Source of the DNA: Candidatus Thorarchaeota archaeon
GTDB lineage: Archaea; Asgardarchaeota; Thorarchaeia; Thorarchaeales; Thorarchaeaceae
NCBI GenBank assembly: GCA_016933575.1
Contig: JAFGAR010000051.1
Span: 1 to 64,000, forward strand
Length of the DNA: 64,000 nt
Direction: 5' to 3'
Part shown: positions 27,415 through 38,200 of the stretch, piece after piece
Position numbering within the stretch: position 1 is the stretch's first letter
How the letters are laid out: each line of letters opens with the position of its first letter
The notes under the pieces: generated by a model
What the model was told of the DNA's origin: nothing
What the model saw: the letters and a program-made list of their open reading frames with translations, nothing else
Databases searched by the model: none
Program-made: the position numbers and the translations under genes

Positions 27415-29529
27415 ATGTTGATTACGGAAAAACCTACAGCCGCAAAGAAGATAGCCATTGCCTTGGATGATAGTAGATTTCCAAAAGAGATCAAAAAAGG
27501 GAAAGTATCTCATTTTGAGAGTAAGAGGGGGAATGATGAACTTGTCATTGTTTATGCATTGGGACATCTCTTCGAACTTAAACAGACTGAGAGTGGTTGG
27601 ACATACCCAAGGCTCGAGTACGAATGGGTACCAAAATACGAAGTAGAAAAGAAAGCAATCAATATCAAGCCAATAATTGATTTGATAAGAAAGCTCTCTA
27701 AGGACATAGAAGGATTCATTGTAGCCACAGATTATGATATTGAGGGTAGTCTTATCGGTTATCTCACCTTGGTCTATGCTTGTAAAACAGATCCAGTCAA
27801 AGCAAGACGAATGAGATTTTCAGCACTCACTGATACTGAACTGAAACAGGCTTTTGAGAGGGCTGCCCAAATGGATTTCCCTATGATTCAAGCAGGGGAA
27901 GTACGTCATGAGGTCGATTGGCTTTATGGTATAAATCTGACAAGAGCCTTGACCCTCTCTATAAAGAACACAGCTGGGTGGTTCAAGGTTGTATCAACCG
28001 GTCGTGTGCAAGGACCAACTCTATCTTTTGTTGCTCAACGCGAGAGAGAGATCAATCTCTTCGTACCTGTCCCTTTTTGGGACATACACATCACAGGGAA
28101 ACATGATGTTGATGAAATAGAGCTTGAATATTCCAAAAAACGACTGAATTCGAGGATAGAAGCTATTGAGATTGTGGAAGCATTAAGGAACAAATATGCA
28201 ATTGTTGACTCGATAAACAAGCAGACTGTTACTCAACCGCCTCATGCTCCATTCAATTTGAGTACACTTCAGGCTGAAGCGTATAGGCATTTCGGGTTCA
28301 GACCTAGTAACACTCTTGCAATAGCTCAATCACTGTATCTGGACTCCTTAATTTCTTATCCAAGAACTAGTAGCGAAAAATTACCTGCAACTTTAGATAT
28401 CAAAGGAATATTAGTTGGATTAGGAAAAGCAAAATTATACGCAGATATGACTAAGAAAGTGCTGGAAGGTAGTCTCATTCCCTTTCAAGGAAAGAAAACA
28501 GACCCAGCACATCCTGCAATTCATCCGACAGGAGAAAAAGCAACAAAACGTCTTTCATCTAATCAAGCAAAACTCTATGATCTTATTGTGAGAAGATTTT
28601 TGGCACTCTTTGGAGAATCCCTAGTAAAGGATCATCTACGAGCCGACCTTATCTGCGAAAATCATCGTCTGTACACAAGGGGTCTTCAGATTGTAAAGCG
28701 AGGATGGTCAGAATACTACGAACCATACTTTAAGACCGAAGATAAGCCACTTCCTAATATTAATGTGGGAGATGAGGTTGCCCTCATTTCTGTTGATTCT
28801 GAAGAAAAATATACACAACCTCCTGCCAGATTCAATCCCTCTAGCCTTCTAAAGCTATTAGAAAGAGAAGAACTTGGAACAAAGGCAACAAGGGCAGGAA
28901 TCGTAGATTCTGTGAAGACAAGAGGATATGCAGTAGGGGATAGGTTCGAACTCTCTACTCTTGGTTATGCAGTCTATGATACTTTGAATCAAAATATACC
29001 AAGCATATTATCCTCAGAGATGACACGAACACTTGAGAATAAGATGGAGCGGATACAAGAGGGCCTTTCTAATCGAGAACAGGTAATCTCGGATGTGCGA
29101 GAGAACCTGTTAATGATTTTGGATGACTTCAAGAAAAAAGAAGAGAGAATTGGAGAGGGTCTGGTCAGGGGATTGCAGAGATACTGGAAGGATACAGAAG
29201 AACTTGGCTCGTGTCCTAAGTGTGGTGATGGTATTCTAAGAATTATCAATTCTCCGAAGACAGGGAAACGTTTTGTTGGTTGTTCAAACTATAAAGAGGG
29301 AAAATGTGATCAAACTTTTCCACTTCCACAAAAAGGAACTATTTTTCCTTTGGATGAAACATGTGAATACTGTAATCATAAGATGATAAAGGTGGTATCG
29401 GGACGAAGAGCGTGGACGACCTGCATCAATTGGGTCGACTGTCCAGGAAGACAGACCGATCTCAAAGCCTTAGAGAAGCGAAGAAACGAACAAACGCGTA
29501 AAGAAAAGGGAGGGCAAGAGAATGAGTGA
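27415..29529 (+). CDS. topA: Type IA DNA topoisomerase
   Basis: ITEKP, ATDYDIEG, STGRVQGPTL, ISYPRT, C-terminal Zn ribbons. Confidence 0.96.
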   Translation: MLITEKPTAAKKIAIALDDSRFPKEIKKGKVSHFESKRGNDELVIVYALGHLFELKQTESGWTYPRLEYEWVPKYEVEKKAINIKPIIDLIRKLSKDIEGFIVATDYDIEGSLIGYLTLVYACKTDPVKARRMRFSALTDTELKQAFERAAQMDFPMIQAGEVRHEVDWLYGINLTRALTLSIKNTAGWFKVVSTGRVQGPTLSFVAQREREINLFVPVPFWDIHITGKHDVDEIELEYSKKRLNSRIEAIEIVEALRNKYAIVDSINKQTVTQPPHAPFNLSTLQAEAYRHFGFRPSNTLAIAQSLYLDSLISYPRTSSEKLPATLDIKGILVGLGKAKLYADMTKKVLEGSLIPFQGKKTDPAHPAIHPTGEKATKRLSSNQAKLYDLIVRRFLALFGESLVKDHLRADLICENHRLYTRGLQIVKRGWSEYYEPYFKTEDKPLPNINVGDEVALISVDSEEKYTQPPARFNPSSLLKLLEREELGTKATRAGIVDSVKTRGYAVGDRFELSTLGYAVYDTLNQNIPSILSSEMTRTLENKMERIQEGLSNREQVISDVRENLLMILDDFKKKEERIGEGLVRGLQRYWKDTEELGSCPKCGDGILRIINSPKTGKRFVGCSNYKEGKCDQTFPLPQKGTIFPLDETCEYCNHKMIKVVSGRRAWTTCINWVDCPGRQTDLKALEKRRNEQTRKEKGGQENE

Positions 29530-29749
29530 GTGTCCAATTTGTAGGCGTGACAGAACGGGTGACGATGGAGTGTTCTGTTCCTATCATAATGAGGCCTATG
29601 GTAACCTTAAACATAACTTTGAGAGATGGAATCAAGCATTCGGTGGAATAACTTGGGAAGAATACCTGGAGAAGATTGATTATCTTGAGAACACAGGACA
29701 GTGGGTCAAAGAGGTAATTGAGTATATTATGTCAGAAGGTAATCTTTGA
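29522..29749 (+). CDS. Small Cys/His hypothetical protein coupled to topA
   Basis: CPIC...FCSYH; overlaps the topA stop. Confidence 0.7.
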   Translation: MSECPICRRDRTGDDGVFCSYHNEAYGNLKHNFERWNQAFGGITWEEYLEKIDYLENTGQWVKEVIEYIMSEGNL

Positions 29750-30071
29750 GGGCAGTCAGCAATTCCATCATAATTTCACGATTCATTTGGTGCAATCCAA
29801 CAACAATCAAACAGGTCTGATTAGTCCACATTGCAACTCGCTCTGCCATTGTGCGTACAAGCTCGTTCTCAAGGCCTACAGTAAATAATCCAGTTGATGT
29901 GGGATTTGAGCTGCCATGACCGGGGGGAATTGCAACTGCTGAAAGCCCAAGACGGTAGTTCTCCTTGTCAGAAAGCAGAATGAGTAAGCCATTTTCAAGG
30001 TTCATTAATCGTACTCTAATTCTCCCAATACTGGTTTCTGCAGAATATTCTGAGATATCATCAAGACCCAT
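29727..30071 (-). CDS. Proteasome assembly chaperone PAC4-like protein
   Basis: LG.SAVAIP...PTST.LF.....MAERVA..TNQ.C pattern resembling PSMG4. Confidence 0.65.
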   Translation of the reverse strand: MGLDDISEYSAETSIGRIRVRLMNLENGLLILLSDKENYRLGLSAVAIPPGHGSSNPTSTGLFTVGLENELVRTMAERVAMWTNQTCLIVVGLHQMNREIMMELLTALKDYLLT

Positions 30072-30196
30072 ATTGCATCACAAGACCATTATATAGGCAC
30101 TATAATAAATCAATGTCGACCTCTCGTTCCAAAATTATTCTTGTTCTGAAGCAACATGGTTATCAAGGATTTCGATTGACTCCATTCTGTAATGCT

Positions 30197-32134
30197 ATGA
30201 GTGACGATTCTTCCAACTATAAAGCCTATTTTCCATATTCTTCTGCACGACAAGGTCAAACAGAAATGATGATTGAGATTGAAAAGGCAGTGAATTTGGG
30301 GATTAACATCTGTGCTGAAGCACCAAACGGATTTGGAAAGACTTGCGTGACACTAAGTGGGATTCTCCCTTGGATTAAGAGAAACAATGGAAAGGTACTA
30401 TATTGTGCAAGAACCCACAGACAGCTCGATCGGGTCATCGAAGAGATGATGGAGATATCGAAAAGACAGGACGTTTCAGGGGTTTCGTTTCGCGGTAGAC
30501 GTCACATGTGTTTGAACCAATTTGTGTTGGAGAATGCAGATTTTGTCGCACCCATCAGCGAAGTATGTGGACAACTCAAAGCAACTGGTAGATGCAGCTA
30601 TTATGAGAAACTGAAGAGAGCAGGTGACCCAGAAGACATTCTAGAAGATTTGTCTAAAAAAGTCCTCACTGCACCAGAGATAGTAAAATTAGCAGAAAGC
30701 AAGTCAATGTGTCCATATGAGATGGCTAAACGTTTAGCAAAAGTAGTAGATGTGGTTGCACTATCGTATCTCTATGTATTCGATCCATGGATACTTGATG
30801 TATTTCTGCCAGAACTTGGTACATCACCATCAAAGATGGTACTTGTTCAGGACGAGGCACATAATGTTCCGGCTACTGCTCTAGATTCTGCTAGTGATTC
30901 TCTAACTCTAAGAATTATTAGACAGGCGACTCGCGAAGCAAGCGACGGACCGTACAAAGATGGTACTTCATTTGAATTGAACAAAGCTCTGACTAGAAAA
31001 TTGCTTGAATTATCAGCTCTGATGGGGGACAATGATGAGAGAACAATTGATCCTGTAGAGCTGATTGAGTCGGTCGTTCTAAGTGCAGGATTCGAATCTA
31101 GCGATAGAGTATTGCACCATATGGTTGAACATGGTGCGAAGATAAAGAGAGGACTTCTCAAGGCAGGGAAGTTCCCACGGTCTGCAATTCATAGAGTGGG
31201 AGATTTTCTCCTAGAGTGGGTAAAAGTTTCCAAGAAAAAGGAATTTGCGTTTATAATAGCGACGACACCTGAGAGAGGTAGTGCTAAACGAGTGTCTCTA
31301 GATAGGGTTGCGCTGGACCCAACCTCTGTTACAGGACCAATCTTGGGAAGGATACATAGTTCTGTAGCAATATCGGGAACGATTTCGCCTCTTGATGCGT
31401 ATGCAGAGATGTTGGGTTTTGGGTCAGAGTCAATTACTGCAACTTTTCAGAGCCCATTTGCCTTACGAACAAGACTCGGGCTAGTCATACATGGGCTGGA
31501 TACTTCATTTCAGAATAGGAATAAATCAATGTTTGAAAGGATTGTCGAGCATTGTCTTGCTGTTGTAAATGCAACACCTGGTAACACTGGAGTCTTCACA
31601 TCAAGCTACTCGATAGCAAGATCATTGATTGAAAATGGGTTTGAAAGACGATTGAAAAGAAAACTCTTCATTGAAAGACCTGGAATGAAAGGAAACGATA
31701 ACGATAGGATGATTGAGGAATTCAAGAGCAAGGGAGATCAAGGGGGTACGGTCCTATTGGGGGTTCAAGGAGGGAGAAACTCAGAAGGAGGAGATTTCCC
31801 AGGGTCGACAATGGATAGTGTTGTGGTTGTGGGAGTCCCTTATGCAAAACCGACACCACGGATGGAGGCACTCATCAATTACTATGATGTTGTATTCAAT
31901 AAGAAGGGGAGGGATTACGCGTATGTCCTGCCAGCAATGACCCGAGCAATTCAAGCAGCAGGTAGACCTGTGAGACGGTTAGATGACAAAGGAGCAATTG
32001 TGTTACTGGACCAGAGATTTGCCACACCGTTTCTATCTAGATTCATTCCTTTTTGGTTGAAAGAGGCTATAGAGGTAGTTCCAGATAATCCGCAGGTTGT
32101 TGCACATCGGGTTGAGAGCTTCTTTATGACTTAA
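30197..32134 (+). CDS. xpd: XPD/Rad3 Fe-S DNA helicase
   Basis: APNGFGKT, Fe-S cysteines, DEAH, SEG.DF, QAAGR..R. Confidence 0.92.
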   Translation: MSDDSSNYKAYFPYSSARQGQTEMMIEIEKAVNLGINICAEAPNGFGKTCVTLSGILPWIKRNNGKVLYCARTHRQLDRVIEEMMEISKRQDVSGVSFRGRRHMCLNQFVLENADFVAPISEVCGQLKATGRCSYYEKLKRAGDPEDILEDLSKKVLTAPEIVKLAESKSMCPYEMAKRLAKVVDVVALSYLYVFDPWILDVFLPELGTSPSKMVLVQDEAHNVPATALDSASDSLTLRIIRQATREASDGPYKDGTSFELNKALTRKLLELSALMGDNDERTIDPVELIESVVLSAGFESSDRVLHHMVEHGAKIKRGLLKAGKFPRSAIHRVGDFLLEWVKVSKKKEFAFIIATTPERGSAKRVSLDRVALDPTSVTGPILGRIHSSVAISGTISPLDAYAEMLGFGSESITATFQSPFALRTRLGLVIHGLDTSFQNRNKSMFERIVEHCLAVVNATPGNTGVFTSSYSIARSLIENGFERRLKRKLFIERPGMKGNDNDRMIEEFKSKGDQGGTVLLGVQGGRNSEGGDFPGSTMDSVVVVGVPYAKPTPRMEALINYYDVVFNKKGRDYAYVLPAMTRAIQAAGRPVRRLDDKGAIVLLDQRFATPFLSRFIPFWLKEAIEVVPDNPQVVAHRVESFFMT

Positions 32135-32895
32135 GGAGTGGAAATCAGTTCATCAATAGATATCTCACCAAGAAGGAGTGCTCGAGCTTCACTTCTTGAG
32201 ACTATCCGCTTCCCACGAGAGAGCTGGGTAATATATTGTTTTACAGATTGGATATAGCCTTCTTTTAGTTCGAGAATCATATCGGCCGATTTCATGGGTC
32301 TTCCAGTTCTTCCTGCAATAAGAATTGCTGAAGATTCATTGGATTTTGGGCCTCCACGAATTGTAGTTCTATGCTCATTTACCATCTCAAGTTCTTGCTC
32401 GGGTATTTTGAGAACGAGAATACGTAAGACCAAAGCAGTATAGAGTTTGGACCCAGTACCGACCCTAGTAACTATAGAACATTTGGGAAACAATTGCCTA
32501 GTATATCGTTGCAGCCGTTGGACCAATTCTGCAATATTACTCGGTTTTGCCAGTGAATTTTGATACACAGGCACTCCATCAATAACCAGAGCAAGACCGA
32601 AGGTCATTCCGGGATCAATACCAATAAACGCTCTCGTGGGATTCTGAACTTCCCTAAGTTTTGAGATCAATGCGATTCTGACAAAATCAGTATCAAAGTC
32701 TTCTTCAACCTGTATCCGACCAGTATGATGTTCTAGACCTTCGAGATAATTAGTAATTACAACATGTGCGTTATCACAGCGGCTATCTGTAGGGGTGCAT
32801 ATTACAAAATCAATCCCTAGTTTCTTTAGGAGCTGGACTGCTCGATAAAGTATTCGTGGATTGTCGGTAGCAATTGCAGCTTCCCATCGCAGCAT
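32131..32895 (-). CDS. Hypothetical protein with RNase H-fold (IGIDPG) domain
   Basis: IGIDPG, V.E..TT motif. Confidence 0.6.
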   Translation of the reverse strand: MLRWEAAIATDNPRILYRAVQLLKKLGIDFVICTPTDSRCDNAHVVITNYLEGLEHHTGRIQVEEDFDTDFVRIALISKLREVQNPTRAFIGIDPGMTFGLALVIDGVPVYQNSLAKPSNIAELVQRLQRYTRQLFPKCSIVTRVGTGSKLYTALVLRILVLKIPEQELEMVNEHRTTIRGGPKSNESSAILIAGRTGRPMKSADMILELKEGYIQSVKQYITQLSRGKRIVSRSEARALLLGEISIDELISTP

Positions 32896-32959
32896 CAATT
32901 CAATCCTTCCAGATATGCTTATCACTAACTAATGCTGAGAAATTGGTAGTGAGGCGTTT

Positions 32960-33649
32960 TTGATTCTTCCGTCAGGACAATCTCTTCTTGATCGCTTGAT
33001 GAATGGCGGTCTCAACACAGGGGTATTTACTCATGTCTATGGCGAAGCAGCTGCAGGAAAGACAACATTTGCTTTGCAGTTCGTTAATGCAGTGGCAAAT
33101 CTAGGGTTTGGAAGTATCTATATCAATTCGGAGGGGCAGTCACCTGTTGATCGATTAGAGCAAATTGCTGAAAAGGAATATATCAAACTCGAACCGTTTG
33201 TTAAGATATTCGTACCAAAGGGTTTCAGTGAACAGGGTGTACTGATAGATGATCTTGATCTCTATGTTCGTGAAAACACGAAACTTGTTGTTATTGACAC
33301 TCTCACTAAACAGTATAGATTGGCATTAGAAGACAAAAAAACCAATTATTCAAATCATAGGGAACTCAATCGACAGGCGGGGATTCTAAAAGGACTTGCT
33401 TTGCAACACGGTCTTGCAGTTCTAGTATTAAATCAAGTCACTGCGCGATTGGACGGCCTTGATGATTTTGAACCGGTAGCTGAAAACATAATGGATTACT
33501 GGTCAGACTATGTTATTAAGATAAAAATCGGCAGAACACCAGGAGAACGTATATTGAAACGATTGTTACCCGGGAATGGTACAAATGAAGGAAAGCTCTT
33601 TCTCACAAATACAGGTTTTTCAACTGAACCGACCATTGAGAAAGAGTGA
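32960..33649 (+). CDS. radB: RadB-like RecA-family ATPase
   Basis: LD.LMNGG, GEAAAGKT, VIDT, NQV. Confidence 0.82.
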   Translation: MILPSGQSLLDRLMNGGLNTGVFTHVYGEAAAGKTTFALQFVNAVANLGFGSIYINSEGQSPVDRLEQIAEKEYIKLEPFVKIFVPKGFSEQGVLIDDLDLYVRENTKLVVIDTLTKQYRLALEDKKTNYSNHRELNRQAGILKGLALQHGLAVLVLNQVTARLDGLDDFEPVAENIMDYWSDYVIKIKIGRTPGERILKRLLPGNGTNEGKLFLTNTGFSTEPTIEKE

Positions 33650-33672
33650 AATTGTATCTATGAACGGCGGAC

Positions 33673-34248
33673 ATGGAGTCGCCCCTAATGTATGAAGAAC
33701 TGGCTCTGTTTGAATTGGCAATATGGTTAGGACTCTCTGCGTGGATAGCGAATGCCACGCCAGTCCTTGGTGGAGGAGGAACTCCCATCGATAGGGGCCA
33801 TGTCTTCAGGGATGGCCGGCGATTACTTGGCGATGGTAAGACCATACGAGGATTCATTGTTGGAATATTTTTTGGAACGATAACAGGGGCTGGACAGATG
33901 TTGGCAGCACCATTCTTGCAACCACTGCTTGCAGAATATGTCATCGTAACGCCAGAGATGGAGTATGTTCTCTTTATGCAACTTCCTGTTGCATTCTTAA
34001 TGTCCCTAGGAGCGTTGGTCGGTGATCTTGTTGGGTCTTTCATCAAACGACGAGTCAATGTTAAAAGTGGGGATCCATCGCCGGTTATGGACCAACTGGG
34101 CTTTATTATCATGGCCCTAATATTCGCATTTCCACTCATGCAACCAGAGCCAATATTTGTAGCCATACTAATCATTACGACTTTCTTCATTCATTGGATT
34201 AGCAATGTAATAGGTTATCTCGCTGGACTTAAGAAGCATCCTTGGTGA
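33673..34248 (+). CDS. carS: CDP-archaeol synthase
   Basis: ANATPV, PIDRG, GDGKT.RG, GDLVGSFIKRR, DQL. Confidence 0.93.
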   Translation: MESPLMYEELALFELAIWLGLSAWIANATPVLGGGGTPIDRGHVFRDGRRLLGDGKTIRGFIVGIFFGTITGAGQMLAAPFLQPLLAEYVIVTPEMEYVLFMQLPVAFLMSLGALVGDLVGSFIKRRVNVKSGDPSPVMDQLGFIIMALIFAFPLMQPEPIFVAILIITTFFIHWISNVIGYLAGLKKHPW

Positions 34249-34393
34249 AGTCCTTAAAACCCTAAATGTCCGTCTAAGGATAAACATAAAAGGTTACCAA
34301 GGTTTTTTGTCTATGATAGTTGTTTCAGAGATTAGACTATATCTGAATAGACTGTAAATATTGAGTTTCTAAATAACCGGAGTCATCTTAACA

Positions 34394-35251
34394 ATGATGG
34401 TCAAAGACTGTATGCAATCGGACGTAATTTACGTTACTGTACCAGGGACTAGAGAAGACGTTCTCCAAATGATGGCAGAGAAGCAGATTAATGGTCTTCC
34501 AGTAGTGAAAAAAGGCACCAAGACTTTGGTAGGTATAGTAACACGAACGGACCTTCTTAAGAAAGCTGATGAGAACCAATTGGCAATGCTGATGGTTCGC
34601 GACCCGATTACTGTCACACCCAGAACTGATCTAAAGACTGCGACAAAAATTATGATTGAGAACAATTTCAGAAGACTTCCAGTTGTTGAAAAAGACCAAC
34701 TTGTGGGATTAATCTCAGTGCCAGACATTCTGGGGGCCGTTCTTGAAGGCGATGAGAAGTATAGCTCAAAAGAGATTGGAGAATTTGTTTCAAGAGGAAT
34801 TCTTGCTGTATGGGATCAGACACCACTTCCATTGACCTACATGATAATGGATATGGGAGAGAAAAACTCACTAGTGCTAATCAATGAGGGTGGTGGCGTG
34901 TCAGGGATGATTACGGTGAGCGATTATATACGTCTCTCAGAGGTCACCGTAGAGGACAATGTTTCAAAGACCTTTAGTGGCCAGGACAGCGCGGTCGAAT
35001 GGGGTTGGACCTCAAAAGATTTCCTCGTAGTAACAAAGAAACTCCTCAAACTACCGAATATCCCAGTATCTCAAGCAATGACAAAGAACATAATCAGCAT
35101 GAGCGAAGTATCAACAATTTCTGAACTGGTACGAACATTTCGAGAAGAAGAGATAGATCAATTACCAGTCCTATCAGCGACTGGAGATCTCATGGGCATG
35201 ATTGAAGATAAAGACCTCCTTAAGATGGCATTAGAAGTTCAGTCAGATTAG
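34394..35251 (+). CDS. CBS-domain protein (4 CBS)
   Basis: Repeated LPVV...LVGI motifs. Confidence 0.9.
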   Translation: MMVKDCMQSDVIYVTVPGTREDVLQMMAEKQINGLPVVKKGTKTLVGIVTRTDLLKKADENQLAMLMVRDPITVTPRTDLKTATKIMIENNFRRLPVVEKDQLVGLISVPDILGAVLEGDEKYSSKEIGEFVSRGILAVWDQTPLPLTYMIMDMGEKNSLVLINEGGGVSGMITVSDYIRLSEVTVEDNVSKTFSGQDSAVEWGWTSKDFLVVTKKLLKLPNIPVSQAMTKNIISMSEVSTISELVRTFREEEIDQLPVLSATGDLMGMIEDKDLLKMALEVQSD

Positions 35252-35253
35252 AC

Positions 35254-38200
35254 CTACTCAAAGAAGTCAGTCAATGAGGTTTGTTCAGAGATAAATAATG
35301 AGTTAAGAGACTCGTTGATGAGCTTTAAACGCTCCTTCATATATTGATCAAGACCATGCTCATGGATTATTTTCTCTGTAACCGCGAGGTATTTTGAGAT
35401 GTTCTTTTGCCTGACTGTAAGAGACAACCTTGAATCACCACAGATACACTTACCAGATATTGGCACTCTCCGGTAAGTCCGATTACATCCCATACATCGA
35501 AACTTCTGGGTCGAATATGCTCTCAGATTACCTCTGATATCTCTAAAGAAATGTGTAGAGAGTACTCTCTGTGCGACATCTTGTGAATCAACAGCTTCGA
35601 TTAAGGTAGCAAGATGAAGCTGAGCTTCAAGTTTTTCATTCATAGTTTCAAGCAATTTGTATCGTGTGTTCTTTGGTCCCGTGTCAAAAGAGGTGGTGTT
35701 ATGCGTGAAACCGAATCCCTCATACTGTGCAGGTGTGTTCAGACGCGTGGCAACAATGTCAACAAGGTTCTTGACTTCCTTAGGATGTCTAGCCTTCTCT
35801 GTCAATTTATAGAACTCAGAGGGATAGCGTCGACAGACCTCGAGATTATGACTCTCATCATCTACTTCATTAGGATTCAGAATAACAGACAGAACAAGGG
35901 GGGCATCCATCAGACCACCGCGTCCTGCGGGAAGATAACTCTTTGAGAAATTCAGGAGTGCATCAAGGACTAGGATGACTGCATCTTCATCACCATCACA
36001 ATTCCTACGCTTAGCTGCATGCCAGTATGGATGTGCATAACAGACACTAGCATTTGTGAATCCAATCAATCGACCGATTATTCCAGCTGATGTATGTGGA
36101 GCAAGACCGATAACCAGCTGGCCAATAACGTCTTCTTGAGAATTGAATCGATAATATCTGGGCAGTCCATAGATTTTTTCCAGACAATCATCGACGAATC
36201 TTCCCACACGGAATAGATAATCCGCACAGTTCTCAGAAATGACGAGGTCTTGGACCTTGATTTCTAATATTTGGTCTTCTGATACCAGAGGCGCCCCGTT
36301 ATAGTCTGTCAAGTACCCCAAAGACCTTAGGCGTCTTACAGGGATACCAATCTCTCTTGGTTTAAAGTGGGTCAATGGTGCATCAGTCGCATCAAACCTA
36401 GCCGTGCCGTCCCGATAACAATAGACATCATGTTTTGCACGAAGTATCCCCTTACCTAGATACTCGGGTATTTTATCATCATTTGTGAGTCCAAGAACTC
36501 CTCTTAGCCCAAATGTTTCGAATTCTCCTACTTCGGTCTTTGTTCGTTCTAAAAGTGCTTTCAAGTCTACATTTACTGTTCTCGTTGTCCGAATCATTTT
36601 TGGGTCGTGATTGTTCGGACATCGACCCGTTGTAGGATTCACTGGACTATTACATCCCTCTCGAGAACACCAAGGTTCTAACTCTGTGTGAGCACCACAT
36701 TTAGCGCATTTTGATTCGAATGTTTTCAGATTACATTCAGGACACCTTCGAGATACAAGCTCGACACTAACACCCGACGCCTCAGGAACTATGAAATCAT
36801 CGCCATCTTCGTCATTAAAAGAGTCGAGTGTTGAGATATATTGGACACTCTTTGCCACTTCTTCGATTCTTCGCTCAGATCCCTTTGCACGTCCTACTGG
36901 AAAGAGAACCTGAACGGGAGGATGCATTTTTCGTGCTTCTGCTTTTTCAGGTCTACCCATTCTTGCTCCAATAGAGAAACCAGTCTTATCCATGAGTAGG
37001 ACCTGGGAGATAGAATTCAAGAGCTCGAGAGTTGAATTACCCTTTGGTGTCTTTGTTCCACTACCAATTTGTGCAAAGATAATTATTGGGTCATCTGTCA
37101 AGAGAATTGTTTTCTTGCCCTTCAGAACTTTATGGGGAATTCCCACTTTCTCAAGAAGCGTTTTGAAGTTCTTATCGAAAGGTAGGCTTATTCGTTCCAT
37201 CCCATCGTCAGTAGTCATCTCTAAGCTAGTATGAATCCAAGATAGAAGACTCTGTATTTCAGATAATGATAGAATCCTCCATCGATAGAGATAGTAGGGA
37301 TGTAATGGAATCTTTAATTTCTTCGAGAGATGAACTGCTTGATGTGGAGAGGGGATATTGATAAGTGGTGATTCTATAATCTCGCTTATCCTATCAGGAG
37401 TAAATTCCGAACCTTTCAGTTTCTTTTCCAGTTCATTCTTTGCTACTTTTGATACTGCATCCTCCAGATCATGAGACCACCATTCTTCGCAATAGCCAGA
37501 TGGGACTAATGGATGATTATTCTCTAGAAATTCGCCTAATGCAACAAGTATGTCCCCAAGTGAGATGATTCGTTTAATTTTTCCTTCAGTGAAACGGACA
37601 TCATCTAATCCAGAGAATCTGATGACAGTGCCATCTTTTAGGAGTACAATAGGACCCTCGATAGTATCGACCGGTGCAACAATGGAACCTTTCCCAGGAC
37701 GTTCTGTACGGATGTGTGTTCCCGTAGCTAGAAATTCTTCAAGGATATACATCGTGGCTGGATGAACACCCACACCTGCCAATCCGGTATTACGAGAACG
37801 ACCATACCTCAGTCTGAACCCACCAATACGAGATGGATGAGAGAAAACAGGTCGCCCACCAATGACATCTGCTAGATAGTCATATTTGGGTTCCAGCTTC
37901 TTGTCAGGTGTATCTTCTTCATCTGAAGCGGATGCCTTGGACATTTTGACTGCTAAATCGTTCAGCCAGTCCCAACCCTCAATGTTAGCATCAAGCACAA
38001 TTTTAGCCAATTTTGCAGCTCTTCCAACAATTCCATCATTAAGAACGAGGACAGCACCACTTCGAACCCGATTGGGACCCTTATTCTCAGGATCTCCATC
38101 AATTCGTTCCAAGTCGCGAAAACCAGTTACTTCAAACTCTTCGGTGGGAGGCCCAGTTAGCATTATGGCTAATTTTGATGATGCAAAACGAATTAGGTCT

